Source: Geosiphon pyriformis uo1 (lineage: Eukaryota > Fungi > Glomeromycota). Taken from it: a stretch of DNA of 64,000 nt. Below are positions 41,067 through 55,199 of the stretch, piece by piece; the first letter of the stretch is position 1, and each line of letters begins with the position of its first letter. The translations under genes and the position numbers were made by a program. The notes beneath the pieces are model-generated. The model was not told the origin of the DNA. It worked only from the letters and a program-made list of their open reading frames with translations, and searched no databases. The stretch covers positions 1,097,206-1,161,205 of the forward strand of contig JAAOMT010000129.1 of the NCBI GenBank assembly GCA_016748015.1, in the 5' to 3' direction.

Positions 41067-44000
41067 CTATTGATCTCCCGTAGGATCTTCTTTCGTCTCA
41101 GAATCATCTTCCTCAGGGTCCTCTTCCTCCTCAACATCTGTCACACTTTCCCCCAATATTATCAATTTTTGGCGATATTTTTTAATGCTTTCATCCTGAT
41201 CCGCAAGGCATACTAATAAGTCGTCTTGCTCCTTCTGAAGCGTCGCGTACTTGGTATTATGAATTTCAATTGTGTTTTGAAGCGAAGATATTTGAGCGTT
41301 GAGGAAAGATATTTGATTTGCAGCTGATATTTTCTAAAAATTCAAAGCGCGTTAAAAATGATGAAAGCATTATAAGCCCTAAATGATTTAAATACCTCAG
41401 ACTCTAATTCTTGTTCAAGGGTCCTTATTCTCTCTTTAAATTCATTAATTTGCTGTTCGTGATTTTGAATAACACTCTTCATCGAGGCAATCATTGATGT
41501 AGCAGATAGAGAATACTCATTGTCATTACTAACGGAGTTACCATTTATTGCCGAACTCTTCGATGATGGACCGGATTTTGGATCAGCAATGATAGATTTT
41601 TGAATAATTTCTATTGTTACAAGGATTAAATGGTGAATTTTGAAATGTTTTAACGCGATAATAGGAATAAAACCAACTATAATCTTATAATAATTCGAAT
41701 ATAATAGCATACCATAATTATTTTTGAAGAACTCTACGAAACAATAGTCAAAGAATAAATCTGGCAATCCTTTGGCCTCTTCCTCTGATGTCACCTTTTC
41801 ATAAAAGATGAATATAAACGGGTAATCAGACATAATGAGTGGCTATTATCAAGTCACAATTGGCTTTTTCTTTGCTTGCTCACCACAGCAATTATGTCTC
41901 AAGAGTATCGTATCAATCCATTACTATAGAGGAATTCACTCGTACCTGTAAATATTGAGAAGCATGTTTAAAGTTGGGCGCTTCTCTCAATCGAGTAATT
42001 CGATTAACAAATTGATCAACACCAATACGATTAAGTAAGATTGGCTGAAGTGTGGATCTGAAGTAATCATATTTTCAGATATTGTCAGATGCAAGAGCCA
42101 TATGGAATATGATAATAATATTATTATTTGAAAGAAGTATATACCTGGTGATTGGAGCATCCACCTCATTATTAAATTCGTAGCATATCCCTAGTAGAAA
42201 AGCGCAAAGACCTTGTACTCTGGCATCGACCCCAGAAGATTGTGTTATTGGCGTAAGGAGCTTGAATTCCGATAAACAAATAATGATCAAGGAAAACAAC
42301 CTTTCAAATTAATCAGTTCATGGCAGTTAAAAAGGATACAATTTGCAAATGGGAACCTTCCGATAAAAAATCTCTGATGCTTTTCGGGCTATCCCATAAC
42401 CAGATGCATAGCAAACAAAGATATCCGATCAAAACACGTGGGTCGCCTTTATGCCGAGTTGCCATCATTAAATTCCCCGTGATAGCATGTAACAAACCCA
42501 AAGTTTCATCTTCATGTTCGTCATCTCCTGTATCGATTGCTCTCGCGTATTCTTTGGCTTTCTCATTATCTTTGAGGATATGCGAGAAAATCACAGAAGC
42601 AAACCAAACAACGTATGGGTCTGCAGCCGATTCTTCCCATTCAAGGAGTGCAGAAAGAAGAAGTGTCCCAGTAGATTGAGATCTGGCTAAATGCAAGAAT
42701 GAAAAAATTGAAAAGGTAAGCAATCGCCATTTAGGTTTAGGAGTCGGTATTTACCAATTATTGTATCTGAATAAGGATCAATATGTGGTGGGGGAGCTAA
42801 AGTAGATGCCAAAAAAATTTGTCCATCCGGATTATCATCGATGTAGCCCTATAATTGGAAAACCTAAAATGTTAGTATAGAGCATGATGGTCATTTAATA
42901 GTATAAAGTGTACCTCAAAAGCATAAGTGGCCGCTGCTCGTGTGGCATAGCTTTCTAAATGTTCAGCTCCTACTGCGACTGCAAGAAGTGCGACGAGAGC
43001 GGGACGTGGAGGAGGTTCTGACATATCTTCTTGCCTTATGAAAGCTCTATCATTGGATCTCAAATTATCCTTTGATTGGGTTTGATAAGTTGAGGAGGAA
43101 TTGGTGGACGCACTTGAATGAAATGATGGATTTGGTACACCGACAACAATCTTTGCAAAAAAATCCTGACTCGCTTGGTTCCCTCGAATAAGATCTGCCA
43201 ATGCATAAAGAGCCTGACGATATTATTAAATTTGGAGCCATTTGGAGGCACAAATATGAATGCACAAGGTGAGCAGAAATGAATGACATACTTGTGTTTT
43301 AACTGAAGACGGAGCATTGGAGGCTAATGCTAATTCAATTATAGGCTGCAAAACTCTATATTGATGCATTACACTCTTGAATATAATATTATTGTGAGAG
43401 AGTTTTAATTAAAAATTCTTTGATATCAAAAAAATAAAGTGATAGAACAATAACCTGATTTTTAATGGTATTTGTATTATTTGGCATGACCAGTATTCGA
43501 ATTAATTCCAAAAGGACTAAGGTATTGTTTACTTGTTGCTCTGGCCAATCTTGAAATAAGAACTGAATTTCATGTTGAAATGGTTGATTCTGCCGAATAG
43601 GGTATCCCAATAAAGCAGGAATACGTTGTATACAACTGGTCTCTCTGAAAGAGTTCTTCGCATGAAAAAAATCCAATAATTTAGTATATTTTAAACAAGC
43701 TTCTACAATAATGAATAGTTAACAAAATGAGAAAAACCTGATTCGAAACATTATAGCGCAATAAATTGACAATTAATTGTAAACAATCTTGAACAACAAT
43801 TCCACCATTTAATCCATCTTCTTCGGCAATGATTTCTAATAACTGTTCGAAAGCATTTTCGAATGCGACTATTTTCTGTATCTCTGCATTACTCTCAGTA
43901 AGAGCAATTAATAGTAGAAGTCCCTCTATTTTTCCATAATAAAAAAAATGTCTTGAAATTGAATTGCTTAAAGAAATTAAAGTTTTTAAAAAATCATTCA

Positions 44001-44773
44001 CCGTTTCTGATAATTTCACGACGGTCGTTCAACAAATCCATCAAACGTGGAATCCCTATTGGAGCGCTCAATATACATTCTTGAACCCTATCTGGTCTTA
44101 TAGTCAAAAGCATTGATAGCAATTGAACATCGTGGTAACGGACGTAAAAGTCAAACTGCTTCAAAAGGTCCAACAGAAGAGGTAGATTCTTTGAATCCTA
44201 TTGATTGACCACCGAAGTTAAAAATATAATTTAAAATAAAAAAGGTATAGGAATAGGAATTGTAATTTCAAATATTACTTACTTCGACCAGGATGTCGGT
44301 ATATCTGACTCCAAGATCAATCGATTTAGATTCCTATTATCAGAGCTAGCCAGTTAGGGAAATAGCGAGGAAAAATATCAGGGCCAAGAATTACACGGCA
44401 AAGTTACCCTTTGACGATCAGGTGTACATAGTATATTTAGAATTTCTAGGATTGCCTTTACTATATCAACGTCTTCTTTATCTTCTTCAAGTATGCGCAA
44501 AAGTCCGGGCAAAGCGTTTTCGCCTACTTCCTTTATGAAGTGAAAAAGTATGTTTTTGAAGTTAAATGTCTTTTAATTGGTAAAATAGCCCAGTTTAAAT
44601 ACCAGTCGATACTCTCGCGATAATCCCTTCAAACCTAAAATCGCAGCTCTCCTATCTTCCAATAACGTTGAGTTATTTGCACGATCACAAAGCTTTGAAA
44701 CCGTTTCCAAGGCTGATTGCGGTTGTCCCTTTTCGCCCAAAAGGCCCTTGTACCCCCTTTGCAAAAAATCCAT
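41067..44773 (-). CDS. USO1: Uso1/p115 ER-Golgi vesicle tethering factor, 15 exons, ~848 aa
   Basis: N-terminus QSALETVSKLCDR...LLEDRRAAILGLK; head motifs LMDLLNDRREIIRNEGLLLL, EIQKIVAFENAFEQL, GGIVVQDCLQL and VQGLCAFLLGIC; C-terminus KEQDDLLVCLADQD plus an acidic tail. Manually spliced exons (all GT-AG, phases consistent): 44773-44603, 44530-44408, 44333-44283, 44197-44002, 43925-43738, 43655-43455, 43375-43292, 43213-42914, 42848-42755, 42686-42340, 42260-42145, 42057-41946, 41794-41713, 41610-41396, 41333-41067. Total 2547 nt. Confidence 0.96.
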
Positions 44774-46824
44774 CCCAACTCTTTTCCCTTAAGTCAAAGA
44801 ACTAGAAAGAAATAATAGATGATCCAATATTATTCTAACGGGGAATTTCATGCATAATCAGCTCTGTTAGGAATGAAACTTAGATTTTGCATTTACCTCT
44901 AATTATTAGACTGTGCAAAAAAACCAAATTGTATTATAAAATAAATAAATGATTTTGTCATTAATCGCTTAATGTTATTTAAACAATGTGTCATTACGTT
45001 ACGTCAACTTAATCTGGAAACACTATCACTATTATGCCGAGATTGTTGGGATTAATCATATAAGAGAAATTCGACTTGAATTGCTTTCTTTCTCTAATTG
45101 TTTTTTAGTTTGTTCTAATTTCTTTAGTTTTATCAGATTTTAGCATAGCCTTCCAGATCACGAAATTTTTCCGCTACTTCGTTCATTTTCCATAATGCCT
45201 GAAATTTTGTTATCTAGAAAATAAACCCACTATTGCTTCGGTATTACAATATCATTAGCATAAGGGTAGGAGCTTTCAATTCTTATTCTTAGGATTTTAT
45301 TCAATTTTTACAGTGAAATTATGACACACATCCTTATATTTCATGATTTTCATCAACTCTTTTAGCAATTTGCCAATCTATCAAGTTTCTGCATCAATGG
45401 CCTAAATGTTCTTGGATAAATGCACCTAAAACAGTCTTATGTAATGCTGTTTTGAAAAAGGTCTTGAATTTGTTTAACTTGTTTTTTGGCATTACTGAAT
45501 ATATTAATATTATCTCAATACTTTTGAGGTATGTTTTGTTTCAACAGGAATTTTTTATTAATACTCAAGAGAATAATAAATATAATAAAACTTTGCAATA
45601 TTTTTGAACATTAATACATCTTTATTCATTTTTGAATTATTACTTTTTTTATGTTTTTTTAGTATATTTCAATAAGTTTTGTGTTGAGTTAATAAGTAAT
45701 TAAAGTAAAAAATTTTTTTCAAAAACAGATAATTAAAATTTAAATATAAATATGTGCTTTTTTTGTTTTTTTGTTGTTGAAATAAATAATAATATTATTA
45801 TATATATATATATTTGAGTATTATAGTAAATAAATCATATATCTTTTATATATAACTAATTATTTAAGTCAATTAAAATTATATTACAACAATTTACTTT
45901 AGTATATTGTTTATTATTATTTTAACAAATTTTAAAACTTTGCAAAATGTTTTTTATTTTAATATGCTATAATTACATTAAAATCATTTTTATTTTAATT
46001 TATTTATTATTTTAGAAATTTATGTAACTATATATTTTAATTAAATATGGTTTTTTTATTAATTATATTAATTATATTAAAATTATCATAAATATAATTT
46101 ATCTATTTTTAATATATAAACTACTTAAATTTAAGTTAATAAATATTTATCTATTTTTTAAACCAAAAATACTTAATATTTTTATTTTATTAAAATAGCT
46201 TACAAATATTTATTATTTAAATAAACACAAAAAAAATAATTGAATCTACTAAAAAACCAATTTTTTAACAATAAATTTAGCCAATTTAAAATTTAAGTAT
46301 TTTATCAAAAAACATATATAATAATAAAAAATAATATAAATTACTAAATTTTTTAAACACAATAATAAACTTATAAATAAGTTTTTTAAAAGCAGAAAGA
46401 ATAATTTTATAATTAAAAATTAATAATTTAAATTTAATATCTATAATATTATTGATATCAAAATTTTTTTTCAAAATATAACTTTTTTATAAAATATTAA
46501 TTTAACAATTTTTTTATTAAAAGCTTTTTTAAACTTAAAAATAACAATAAATTATTAAAAATAATTAATATTAAAAAACTAAAAAATAAAATAAATTTAA
46601 TTATAGTTAATAAAAAATAATTTGTTGATTATATTATAATATTTTATAATATATATTTATTAAATAATTTTAAAAAAAACAAATTACAATTATTAATAAT
46701 ATAATCTATATATTAAATATTAATATAATAAATTTTTGTATTTTTTTTATAATAACTATATTTTTGCTAAATTTATTAGACAAATTAAAAACCAATTAGT
46801 TTAATAATAAATTAATGTTTTTTT

Positions 46825-49130
46825 ATTATTATTATTAAAGTTTAATAAATAAAGCCTAACTACTATTTAAAAATTAGGAACAAATTAAATATTTAAGAAG
46901 TAAATATAGTTCACATATTTTCTATATGTAATTAACTACTCAAGCCAGTTTAGATTATACTATGTTAATATAACAGAAAAAAACTTACACAAAGATGATA
47001 TCTTTTAAACAATATTAAACAAAATCATACTACTAAGAACCAATCTAACCAGCCATTTAACCATTTTTAAGGAATCAGTTTTGATATAAACAGACTTATA
47101 AGTCCAAAGAAACATCAAGTTAGAAAATGTATTATTATCCACACCAATTGGATGTTCTGAATTACCAGACATATCAATATTTTTTATGCAGTATTTTATT
47201 TTTAAAGAGACTATCTCTCTTTTTAGCTTATTAACAGTCTTATTAAAGAAACTCATATACACTAAAATCTTATTGATCCTAAAACCAAAAACACTATTTG
47301 AAACCAAATCTCTATTTGAACATTTTGACCAAAGAATTAACTAGCTTAATAATAGACTTAACCAAAACAAAAAGCTTGGCCAAATTAGTTTTCAGAAAGA
47401 CTAACCAAGAGAAAACCAAAAAACCACCAACAGCCACAGAAAAAAATACTGAAGCCACCAAAAAAAGACCCAGAAAGGTTAAGAAAAGCAAAAGTCTTAA
47501 CATAAAAAACAGTTCTTATAAAACATAGTTTAAATATCTTAGAAGTTTTGAAGAAAGAAGATAGAGACATTTTGCAGTTTATAGCCAAATAGTCTATTTC
47601 TTAACACCTAAAACAGTATTAGCAGCCAGAAGTTTTTTACCAAATACAGTACTTTCTTAATGTACCAGTTTTGATAACAGCAGAATTCAAATCAGCTTAA
47701 GAATTAAATGTAATCAGAGCAAACTGAGAATAATGACCAGAATCAGAAAACCAAGGAATAAAACACATCTGACTACCAATTTAAGAGATTATATTACTAA
47801 TCTTAAAGACAGTGCAGCCAAAAAAAAGGTTAATCAATTTGGCTTTAAACCTATCATAAAACAAAATTGTCTCATTTTAATTAATAAGAGAAAGAATTTG
47901 AATACTATCTTTACTTATCAAAATTGACTAGTAAATAAGAGCAGATACAGCAGCATCTAATTTTTTAAAGTAAACAACTACATATTGTTAAATATTAGCA
48001 GATTTTAGCACTACATAAGAAACTTTACCAAAAACACCAAAAGCTGATTTAATATTGGCAGCAGACATATTCAAAAGCATATTATATAACACAACAACAG
48101 CAAAAAAAGAACCAAACTTAGAAACTACCAAAGACTTAACAATTTTGAGAATGACAAGACAAATAAAGTTTATAAGCTTAATCAAAAATACAGTATTTAG
48201 AGAACTTTAAGAAGCAAACTCCACACAAAAAACCTTTATATTGTTCTTTAACACTGACTTTGCACTCAAAAAATTATGCACAGACTGAAAAACAGTCTTA
48301 ACATAAACCAATTTGATCTTAAAAATAACACTAAACACCAAAAAAAAGACCATCTGTCCAGCAAATCTTTAACAATTAGCAATAGTTTTTTAAGCACTAC
48401 CAGTAACAACACCAAAAACCAGAAAAGAAGATAATTCAGTTTCTATCTGGTCAGTCCAGTTCTCAAGAACAGGTAATATCACAGAAAATAATTGTTTTGC
48501 TTCTAAAACCAGCAATAATTTGTCAAAAGACATCATATTTAGCAATACAGTTAGTAGTTGACTTTGGTCTATCTTGGATAATATGTTGGATAATATGCTG
48601 GATAATACTATGAAAATCTCATTTAAGATTTCATTGAGAATTACAAAGAGGTTTGGTATAACAATAGCAGAGGCAAGTAACTGCCTTTACTTTTCTGAGC
48701 TTTTGGTCTTTTTGACTATTTTTTTTAAAGAGATAGTGCTAGTAGCACTAGGTGTTAAAACTATATAAAAAAAACCAGCTTGTTTACTAGTCTATTATTA
48801 AAAACTTTTATGCTCTTAGTTGAAGTAAAGGCAACATTAGAACTAATTTAAGTATGTTTTTTTAAGAGAATTTTAACTAATAAAAAACCAGCCAAAGATG
48901 AGAAAGTTGCTTTAGTAGCTATCAAAGACAGCTTTTTATAATTACTAAATAAAGGAAAAACTTTTAAAACATTTTATCTGGTTGCTTTTACAACAGAGAA
49001 AGCTCCTCTAATTGAAATTTTATTAAATATTTTAGAAAAAATATTAGGTATAGCTTTTTTACTTTTTGCTTTAGTCATAGTTATAAAATTAAAAAGACAA
49101 AGAGTTTTTTTCATTTTAAAGTTAACATAT
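46825..49130 (-). mobile_element. ORF1-only non-LTR element (HAL1-like): ORF1 ~49078-46960 followed directly by the LINE 3' UTR and (AAT)n tail
   Basis: Starts MTKAKSKK at 49078. Has RRM-like segments (IKSAFGVFGKVSYVVLK..YVVVYF) and a zinc-knuckle remnant CFRC*EIDYLAINC (47574-47615). The stop at 46960-46962 is followed by a UTR matching 13436-13560. No APE or RT motifs were seen. Confidence 0.75.
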
Positions 49131-49199
49131 ATTAATGTTTAAATTATAAAATAATAAATTAAAAATAAATTAAAAATAATAATAAAATATCAAATTTTA

Positions 49200-50100
49200 A
49201 AAATATAAAAAGTTTAATAATAAAAAAAACCAGTTTTATTAAATTTAATATTATAAATAATAGTAATTTTATAGGTAAACAATTTTAAAAATATTTATAT
49301 CTATTTTTACAATTTAAAAAAACTATTAAAACAATTTGTTTTTGGTATTATAAACAATATTAATAATAAACTTTTTAAGTTTTTGTTTTTTAAGTTTGTT
49401 AAATTTAAGTTAGTATTTATTGTTTTTATTAAAAAAAAGTATTTTAGTCTTGTCAAATTATTTGCTTTAAATATTAATATATTAATTATTAATAAAAAAA
49501 ACAGTTAAAAATTATTAAAAAATTTTTTTATTAAGTAGATAGTTTTAAAAATATTTTTACTTTAAATTAATATTACTTCTAAAATTAATTTTTTCTAAAA
49601 TTGGTAAAATTATGTTAATTAAATTGCAGCTTATTAACTTGTGACAAAAAACATTAGTAAAATTTAAAACTATTATTATTATTAAATTAATTATATTTAA
49701 GTAATCTGTTTTATAAAAAATAAATTTGTATATATAATTAAAATAAATATTTATAAATATATATAAATTTTCAAAAATTATTATTAAATACTTTTATATA
49801 CTCTTTTAATTGTTTATTGTTCATAGTTTTATGAATTTATTGGTTTTATATAATAAAAAAACATGTATTATTGCTTAAAATTTAGTTATATATGTATATA
49901 TATATTGTATTATAATAAGTTTTAACTTAAAATACATTAAAAAGACTCTTATTTAATCGATTTTTGTGTTTAAAAAAGTAAATTTTTGCTAAATTAGTTT
50001 GATATTTTGTTTATATAATAGATATAAATAATTTGGTCATATTTTACAAAAATATATATTTGATAAAAATACTGTTAACTATTGTTACCAAAAATTTTTC
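49200..50100 (+). mobile_element. Very decayed LINE ORF1 fragment
   Basis: IKLQLINL*QKTLVKF (~49618) and NKKTCII (~49853) match ORF1 of the LINE at 14850-15110. Confidence 0.6.
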
Positions 50101-51989
50101 TACTCTTTTTTTAATATTGTTAATGTTATTTTGTTGTTAATTTTACTATTGATAAAAGTTAATAAATTTTTAATAAGCTAATTTTTTTTTAAGTATTTTT
50201 CTATACTTTAAACCATATATGTTATTGGATTTATAATAAAATAACCAATTCTGTGTTAATTATTTGTATAATTACTTTGCAATAAAAGTTGACTTTTTTA
50301 CAAAATAATTTTGTCTTTAAGTTTTTCAAAAATAAGTATAATTACTTTGTTGTAAAAGTTAATTTTTTTACAGAAAATTTCAACTGTAAATTATTTAATG
50401 ATAAAAATAAACTTAAAATAAACTAAAAAAAACTAAAAAAAAAAGAAATAAAAAAATATGTCTAAAAAATTATTTCGAATTTAGGTCTAAAAATTACTAA
50501 TTATTACTGAAATTAGTAGCTAATTAATTTTAAACAAAAATAATTAAGAATTTTGTTTTTTAAAATGAGTTTTATTAGAATTAATTTGTAAAAAAAATAT
50601 TTAATAAAAGATTAATTCTAATTAAAATTTATTTTCTTAAAAAAAAAAAGCTTTTTTTTATATAACTTATTATAGTATTATTTTATAATTTAGTACTTTT
50701 TTTAATATTTTGGCAAACTAAAGGTATATTTTGTTAAATTATAAGTTATTTCTATATAAATTATTTTAGTGAACTTTTGAATATTTTATTAAATTATTAA
50801 ATATTTTGGTAAATTTTAAATGTTATATAGTTTGAAATATTGTATAATCTGATTATTATTACTTGATTACATTTGTGTTTTGTATAAATTGGATTATTAA
50901 TTAAATAATAATTCGGATAATTTAATAAGATAATATGTAATAAATTAAAATAATAATATATACTAATTAATAATAAAAATTATAAAAATAATTTTATGCT
51001 AATTAATATTTCAAATTTCGGCTGATAATATAACTTTTTTTTCAAGACTAAGTTTCATTAAAGTCTAAATACTATTTGTAATTTCCAGATAGTAGTCCAA
51101 AATTATTAAAGAAATTTGGTCTAAAAATTGTTAAAATTTCAAGTTTTCTAATATATTAAATCTTTAAAAATTGTAAAATTGGGTTTTGTAGAATGTTTTT
51201 ACAAGTTTAAAATAGATCATAGAGTTTAAAAGCTGTTATAAGTTTGTAATGAGTATTTATTGGTTTGGTTATTGTTTTAAATTCATTGTAAAATTGTTTT
51301 TAAATAGCTTTAATTGTAAAGTTTGCTGTTTTAAGCTTTAAACTTCTTTCATAAAATGTTTTTTCGATATTAAAATATCTATAAATTAGAAACTATTTAT
51401 TGTTTTATTTATTAAAACATTGCTAAAGTTTTTGTTAAATTGTGGTATTTAATAAAATGTCAATAAAAGCAAATATTAAATTTTCTTTTAAAGCTTGCTT
51501 TAAAAGTTTGGATAAATAAATTCCAAAATAATTTCTTGTATTTTTTTTATATGAATGGTAATTTCGTAAAACTGTAAATAAAATTATAATAAATTCTGTT
51601 TAAATGTAATTAATATGTTTTTTTAGTAATAATTATAAATAATTTGGGTAGTATTTTTAAGACTAACATTAATTTTTAGAATAGTTATTAAATGTTTTAA
51701 AGAATAGTTATAATAAAAATATAATTAAATAAAATTATTTTTGTTTTGTTTTTTTGTGCAGTTTGTTTTGTTTTTGTAAAATTGTTTCTAAAATATAAAG
51801 AATAATTATAAAAAAATTAAAATTTTAAATGTTTAGATTTAGAAAATTTTCAATAATAGTTATTAATTTTAAGTTTTAAAGAATATTTTTGGAATTAATT
51901 AAAAAGAATTATGTATCAATTTGTAAGATTAAAAATTCAGAATTGGTTTTAGAATAATAGTGTTTTAATCTGTTATTATATACAACTTT

Positions 51990-54700
51990 TTTTAAAACTT
52001 TGTTATTAAGTCTTAATTTATATAATCTTTTTTTTAAAATTATATATATATAAAATAGTCCATCTTATTTATAATTAAATTTTCTACTCTATTGTTTTTT
52101 AGCCTTAGTTCTATATAATAAAACTTTATTTTTAACTTTATATTTATTGATAACTAATAACAATTTGTTGTTATGCCATTTTTTTTGTTAAGTTTAAAAG
52201 TGTTTTATATAAATAATTGCAATTTGTCATTTTTTTTTAGTATATTAAAAAGTAAATAAATTTTTTTTTATAGTATTTTTTGAAAATTGTGCTCAATAAT
52301 TAATTAAACTAGATAAAATTTTATTGTAAAATTAATTAGTAATGTTGTTGTTTTTTTATAAATCAGATTAAAGTTTTATTGTATTTTGTTTTAGTATTCT
52401 ATATGCTAATAATATTAATAAAATAAAGAGATTTTATTCTTGTTTAAAATTTGTTAAAACTTTGGCTAATGATTTACAAAGTATTTTGTTAAAATATTTT
52501 ACAAGTTTATTTTTTGTAAATAGTAAAACAAAGATAAAAGTCTTTTAATATTGAATTATTTACAAATTTTTTGTATTAAGTTATTTACAAAATGTGTTTC
52601 TTAATTGAATAAAAGTTTAATTAGACATTTGTATTTACAAATAATGTTTTTATAAATAAAATTTGCAACTAATTTTGTATCTGCTCATTAGATTGCTTTT
52701 ATTTTAAGCTATTTGGTCAGATAATCTACTGTAATTACAATATATTAGTTTTTTTGAGTTGTATTAAGTAGTAATCTGACTAAATTAATACTAATTTAAT
52801 CAAAAAATTGTTCAATTTAATTGGATTTAAGAATTTTGTGGAATATATTTTTCTTTTTTTTTAATAATTATTACAAACTTAATATATTAGTAAATATATC
52901 TTTTTATTTAGAACTAAAAATAGTGTTTTAATGTTTTTTGGATTATACTATTTCTTCTAAAATATGTTGTTAAAAAATTTGAATACATAATATATAAGAT
53001 TGTTTTTTTTATATTCTTTAATTACTTTGAGTAAGTTGCTGGGATTTTTGTAATTTCGATAATAAATAATATTTTGTATAGAAAATATTGTTTTACTTAT
53101 TGTTGTAATTAATGTTTTTTATTTAAAACCAGATTTTTGGTATTGTAAATGTTTTTAAGTATTGTTTAAGATTATTATAGTTTTTGAAATCTATTATTTG
53201 TTGTTTACTGCTATTAATTAAATTAGATAGTGTTTAAAATTTTTAATTTTGCCTTATTTTAAAGAAACAATTAACATTTGTGTAAAACTTTTCTGATTTA
53301 TAGTATACAATATATTAGTAATTTGCAAAAAATTCTGTCTATTAAATTTGTTTTGTATTTAATTTGAAGTTTTTGTTCTGTAGTTATTTAAGTTTAATAT
53401 TAATAATAATATCAAATTTTTTGAATTTGAAATACAAATTAAAATGTTAAAAAGTTTAAATTACTGCTGTTGTTTTTAGTTTAATAACAAAATAATTTTT
53501 TTCTGCTGGTTTTAATATTTTACTGGCATAAATAATTACTTGTTTATTGTTTTTGTTATCTAATTGAAATAGAATAGTACCAAAAACAATATATAAAATA
53601 TCTGTAATTAGTTAAAATTTTTTGTTAAAGTTCAAATAAACAAGATTTGAAGTTGTTATAAGTTTTTTTTTAAGAATATTAAAGACTTGTTATTATTTAG
53701 CTATTTATTTGTATTTAATGTTTTTGTCAATTAAATGATTAAGTAATTTTGCGATTTTTGAAAATTTTTTAATGAATTTTTAATAATAAGGTGTTAATCT
53801 AGTAAATCTTTTTAATTTGGTGGTATTTTACAAAATTTTGAAGTTTTTAACAACACTAATTCTTTTTGAATTAGTTTTGACTTTTTTTTTACTAATAATA
53901 TAATCTAAAAAAGCCAAGCTGGTTTTTTTAAAATAAGATTTTTCAATATTTAATTTCAATTCTACTTTTTGTAATTATTAAAAAACTTTTTACAAGTAAA
54001 TTAAATAAGCTTTGAATAAAAATAAATAAATATTAGTATTATTTAGATAAACAATTACTAAATACTATAAGAAACAAAATTTATAAGCCTTTGAAATATT
54101 GTTAATATATTGTATAATTTGAATTGTATTATGTTGAATTCATAATTTTTTTTGAGTAATAAAAACTGTTTTTGAATAATCTTTAAAATTTATAACAACT
54201 TGTTAATATCTATTTTTTAGATTTAATGTTGAAAAATATTTTTATTTATCAAAAGCATTTAACATATTATTAATTTAAAATAAAAAATAAGTATCTTTAA
54301 TTATAATACTATTTAATTGACAATAGTTAATACAAATACAGATTTTTCAATTTATTGATAAAAACTACTAATAAAGTCTATTATTTTATTAATAACTAGA
54401 TAAATCTATTGTTAAGCATTTATTATACTTTATTTTAAATAAATTAATGGCTTTTTAATATAACTTAATAGACTTGTTATTACTTGGGTTTTATATCTTT
54501 TGTATAAATTTAATGTTAAATTAGATTAAATTTTTTCAAATTATTGTTGTCTTTAATAAATATATTTACATGTTTGGCAATTAGTTTTTTAAGTTGTTTC
54601 TATTGTTATAGCTCTAATTGTTTCATATTAATTTGAGATAATTTTTTAATTATAATATAATAGTTTTTGGTAATAAGTTTTAAATTAAATATTAAAAGAA
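51990..54700 (-). mobile_element. Ty3/Gypsy copy D: heavily decayed RT-RNase H-integrase of a related but distinct family
   Basis: Minus-strand remnants: ICINYCQLN (~54330), FSTLNLKNRY*QV (~54220), VIVYLNNTNI (~54045), RNase H ITDIFIYCFGTIL..VIIYAS (~53520-53610), integrase VDYLTK* (~52720), and KFNYK*DGLF (GPY/F, ~52065). Confidence 0.8.
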
Positions 54701-55199
54701 AATATTCAATTATTTCTATAAAATTCGAAACTTTTTGTGATAATTTTTGTTAAAAAATATTACTATAAATGATTTTAATTTTTAAATAATTATTTAATAT
54801 ACTGAAGTAATTATAGAGATTATAAAAAGTAAAATTCCATATTCTTTGCAAATTTGTTTATTTGATTTAAAGATTTGTTAGATAATAATAAATATTGAAC
54901 AGCTATATTTTTTTAAACTTTTTTAAAAAGTTAAATATTAATTGTTTATAATAATTTAAAAATTTAATAAAATTTATTTTGTATATTGAAAGCTATATTT
55001 ACTAAAACTGTAAATTGTTTAATTGATTTAAAATCTTGAGTTTTTTTTACTTTTGTCAAGTTTTCTTAATTTTTAACTAATTACAAATAGTAAAAAGATA
55101 GATTGTAATAGTAATAAATATTTTTATTGATATTTGATGTTTCTATTTCAAGTTATAAAATACTATTATATAAAAAAATAGATATGAAATTGAAATTAG

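Noticed and set aside
42320-43317. Plus-strand ORFs overlapping USO1, and antisense ORFs in 59740-63627
   Set aside because: They are shadow frames of real or formerly real coding sequence.
44993-45006. TTACGTCA (CRE/ATF-like) motif upstream of USO1
   Set aside because: A single short motif with no conservation or functional evidence.
45050-45500. Higher-GC, CpG-containing segment upstream of USO1
   Set aside because: No open frame or recognisable motif. It may be promoter or a pseudogene remnant.
40163-46474. Short K/I/N/F/L-rich ORFs in AT-rich tracts (e.g. 40163-40372, 46286-46474; similar ones at 7541, 8054 and 10473)
   Set aside because: Composition-driven chance ORFs or fragments of hypermutated transposons, not host genes.
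48577-48612. 12-bp unit (ggataatatgtt) repeated three times in ORF1
   Set aside because: An ordinary slippage duplication.
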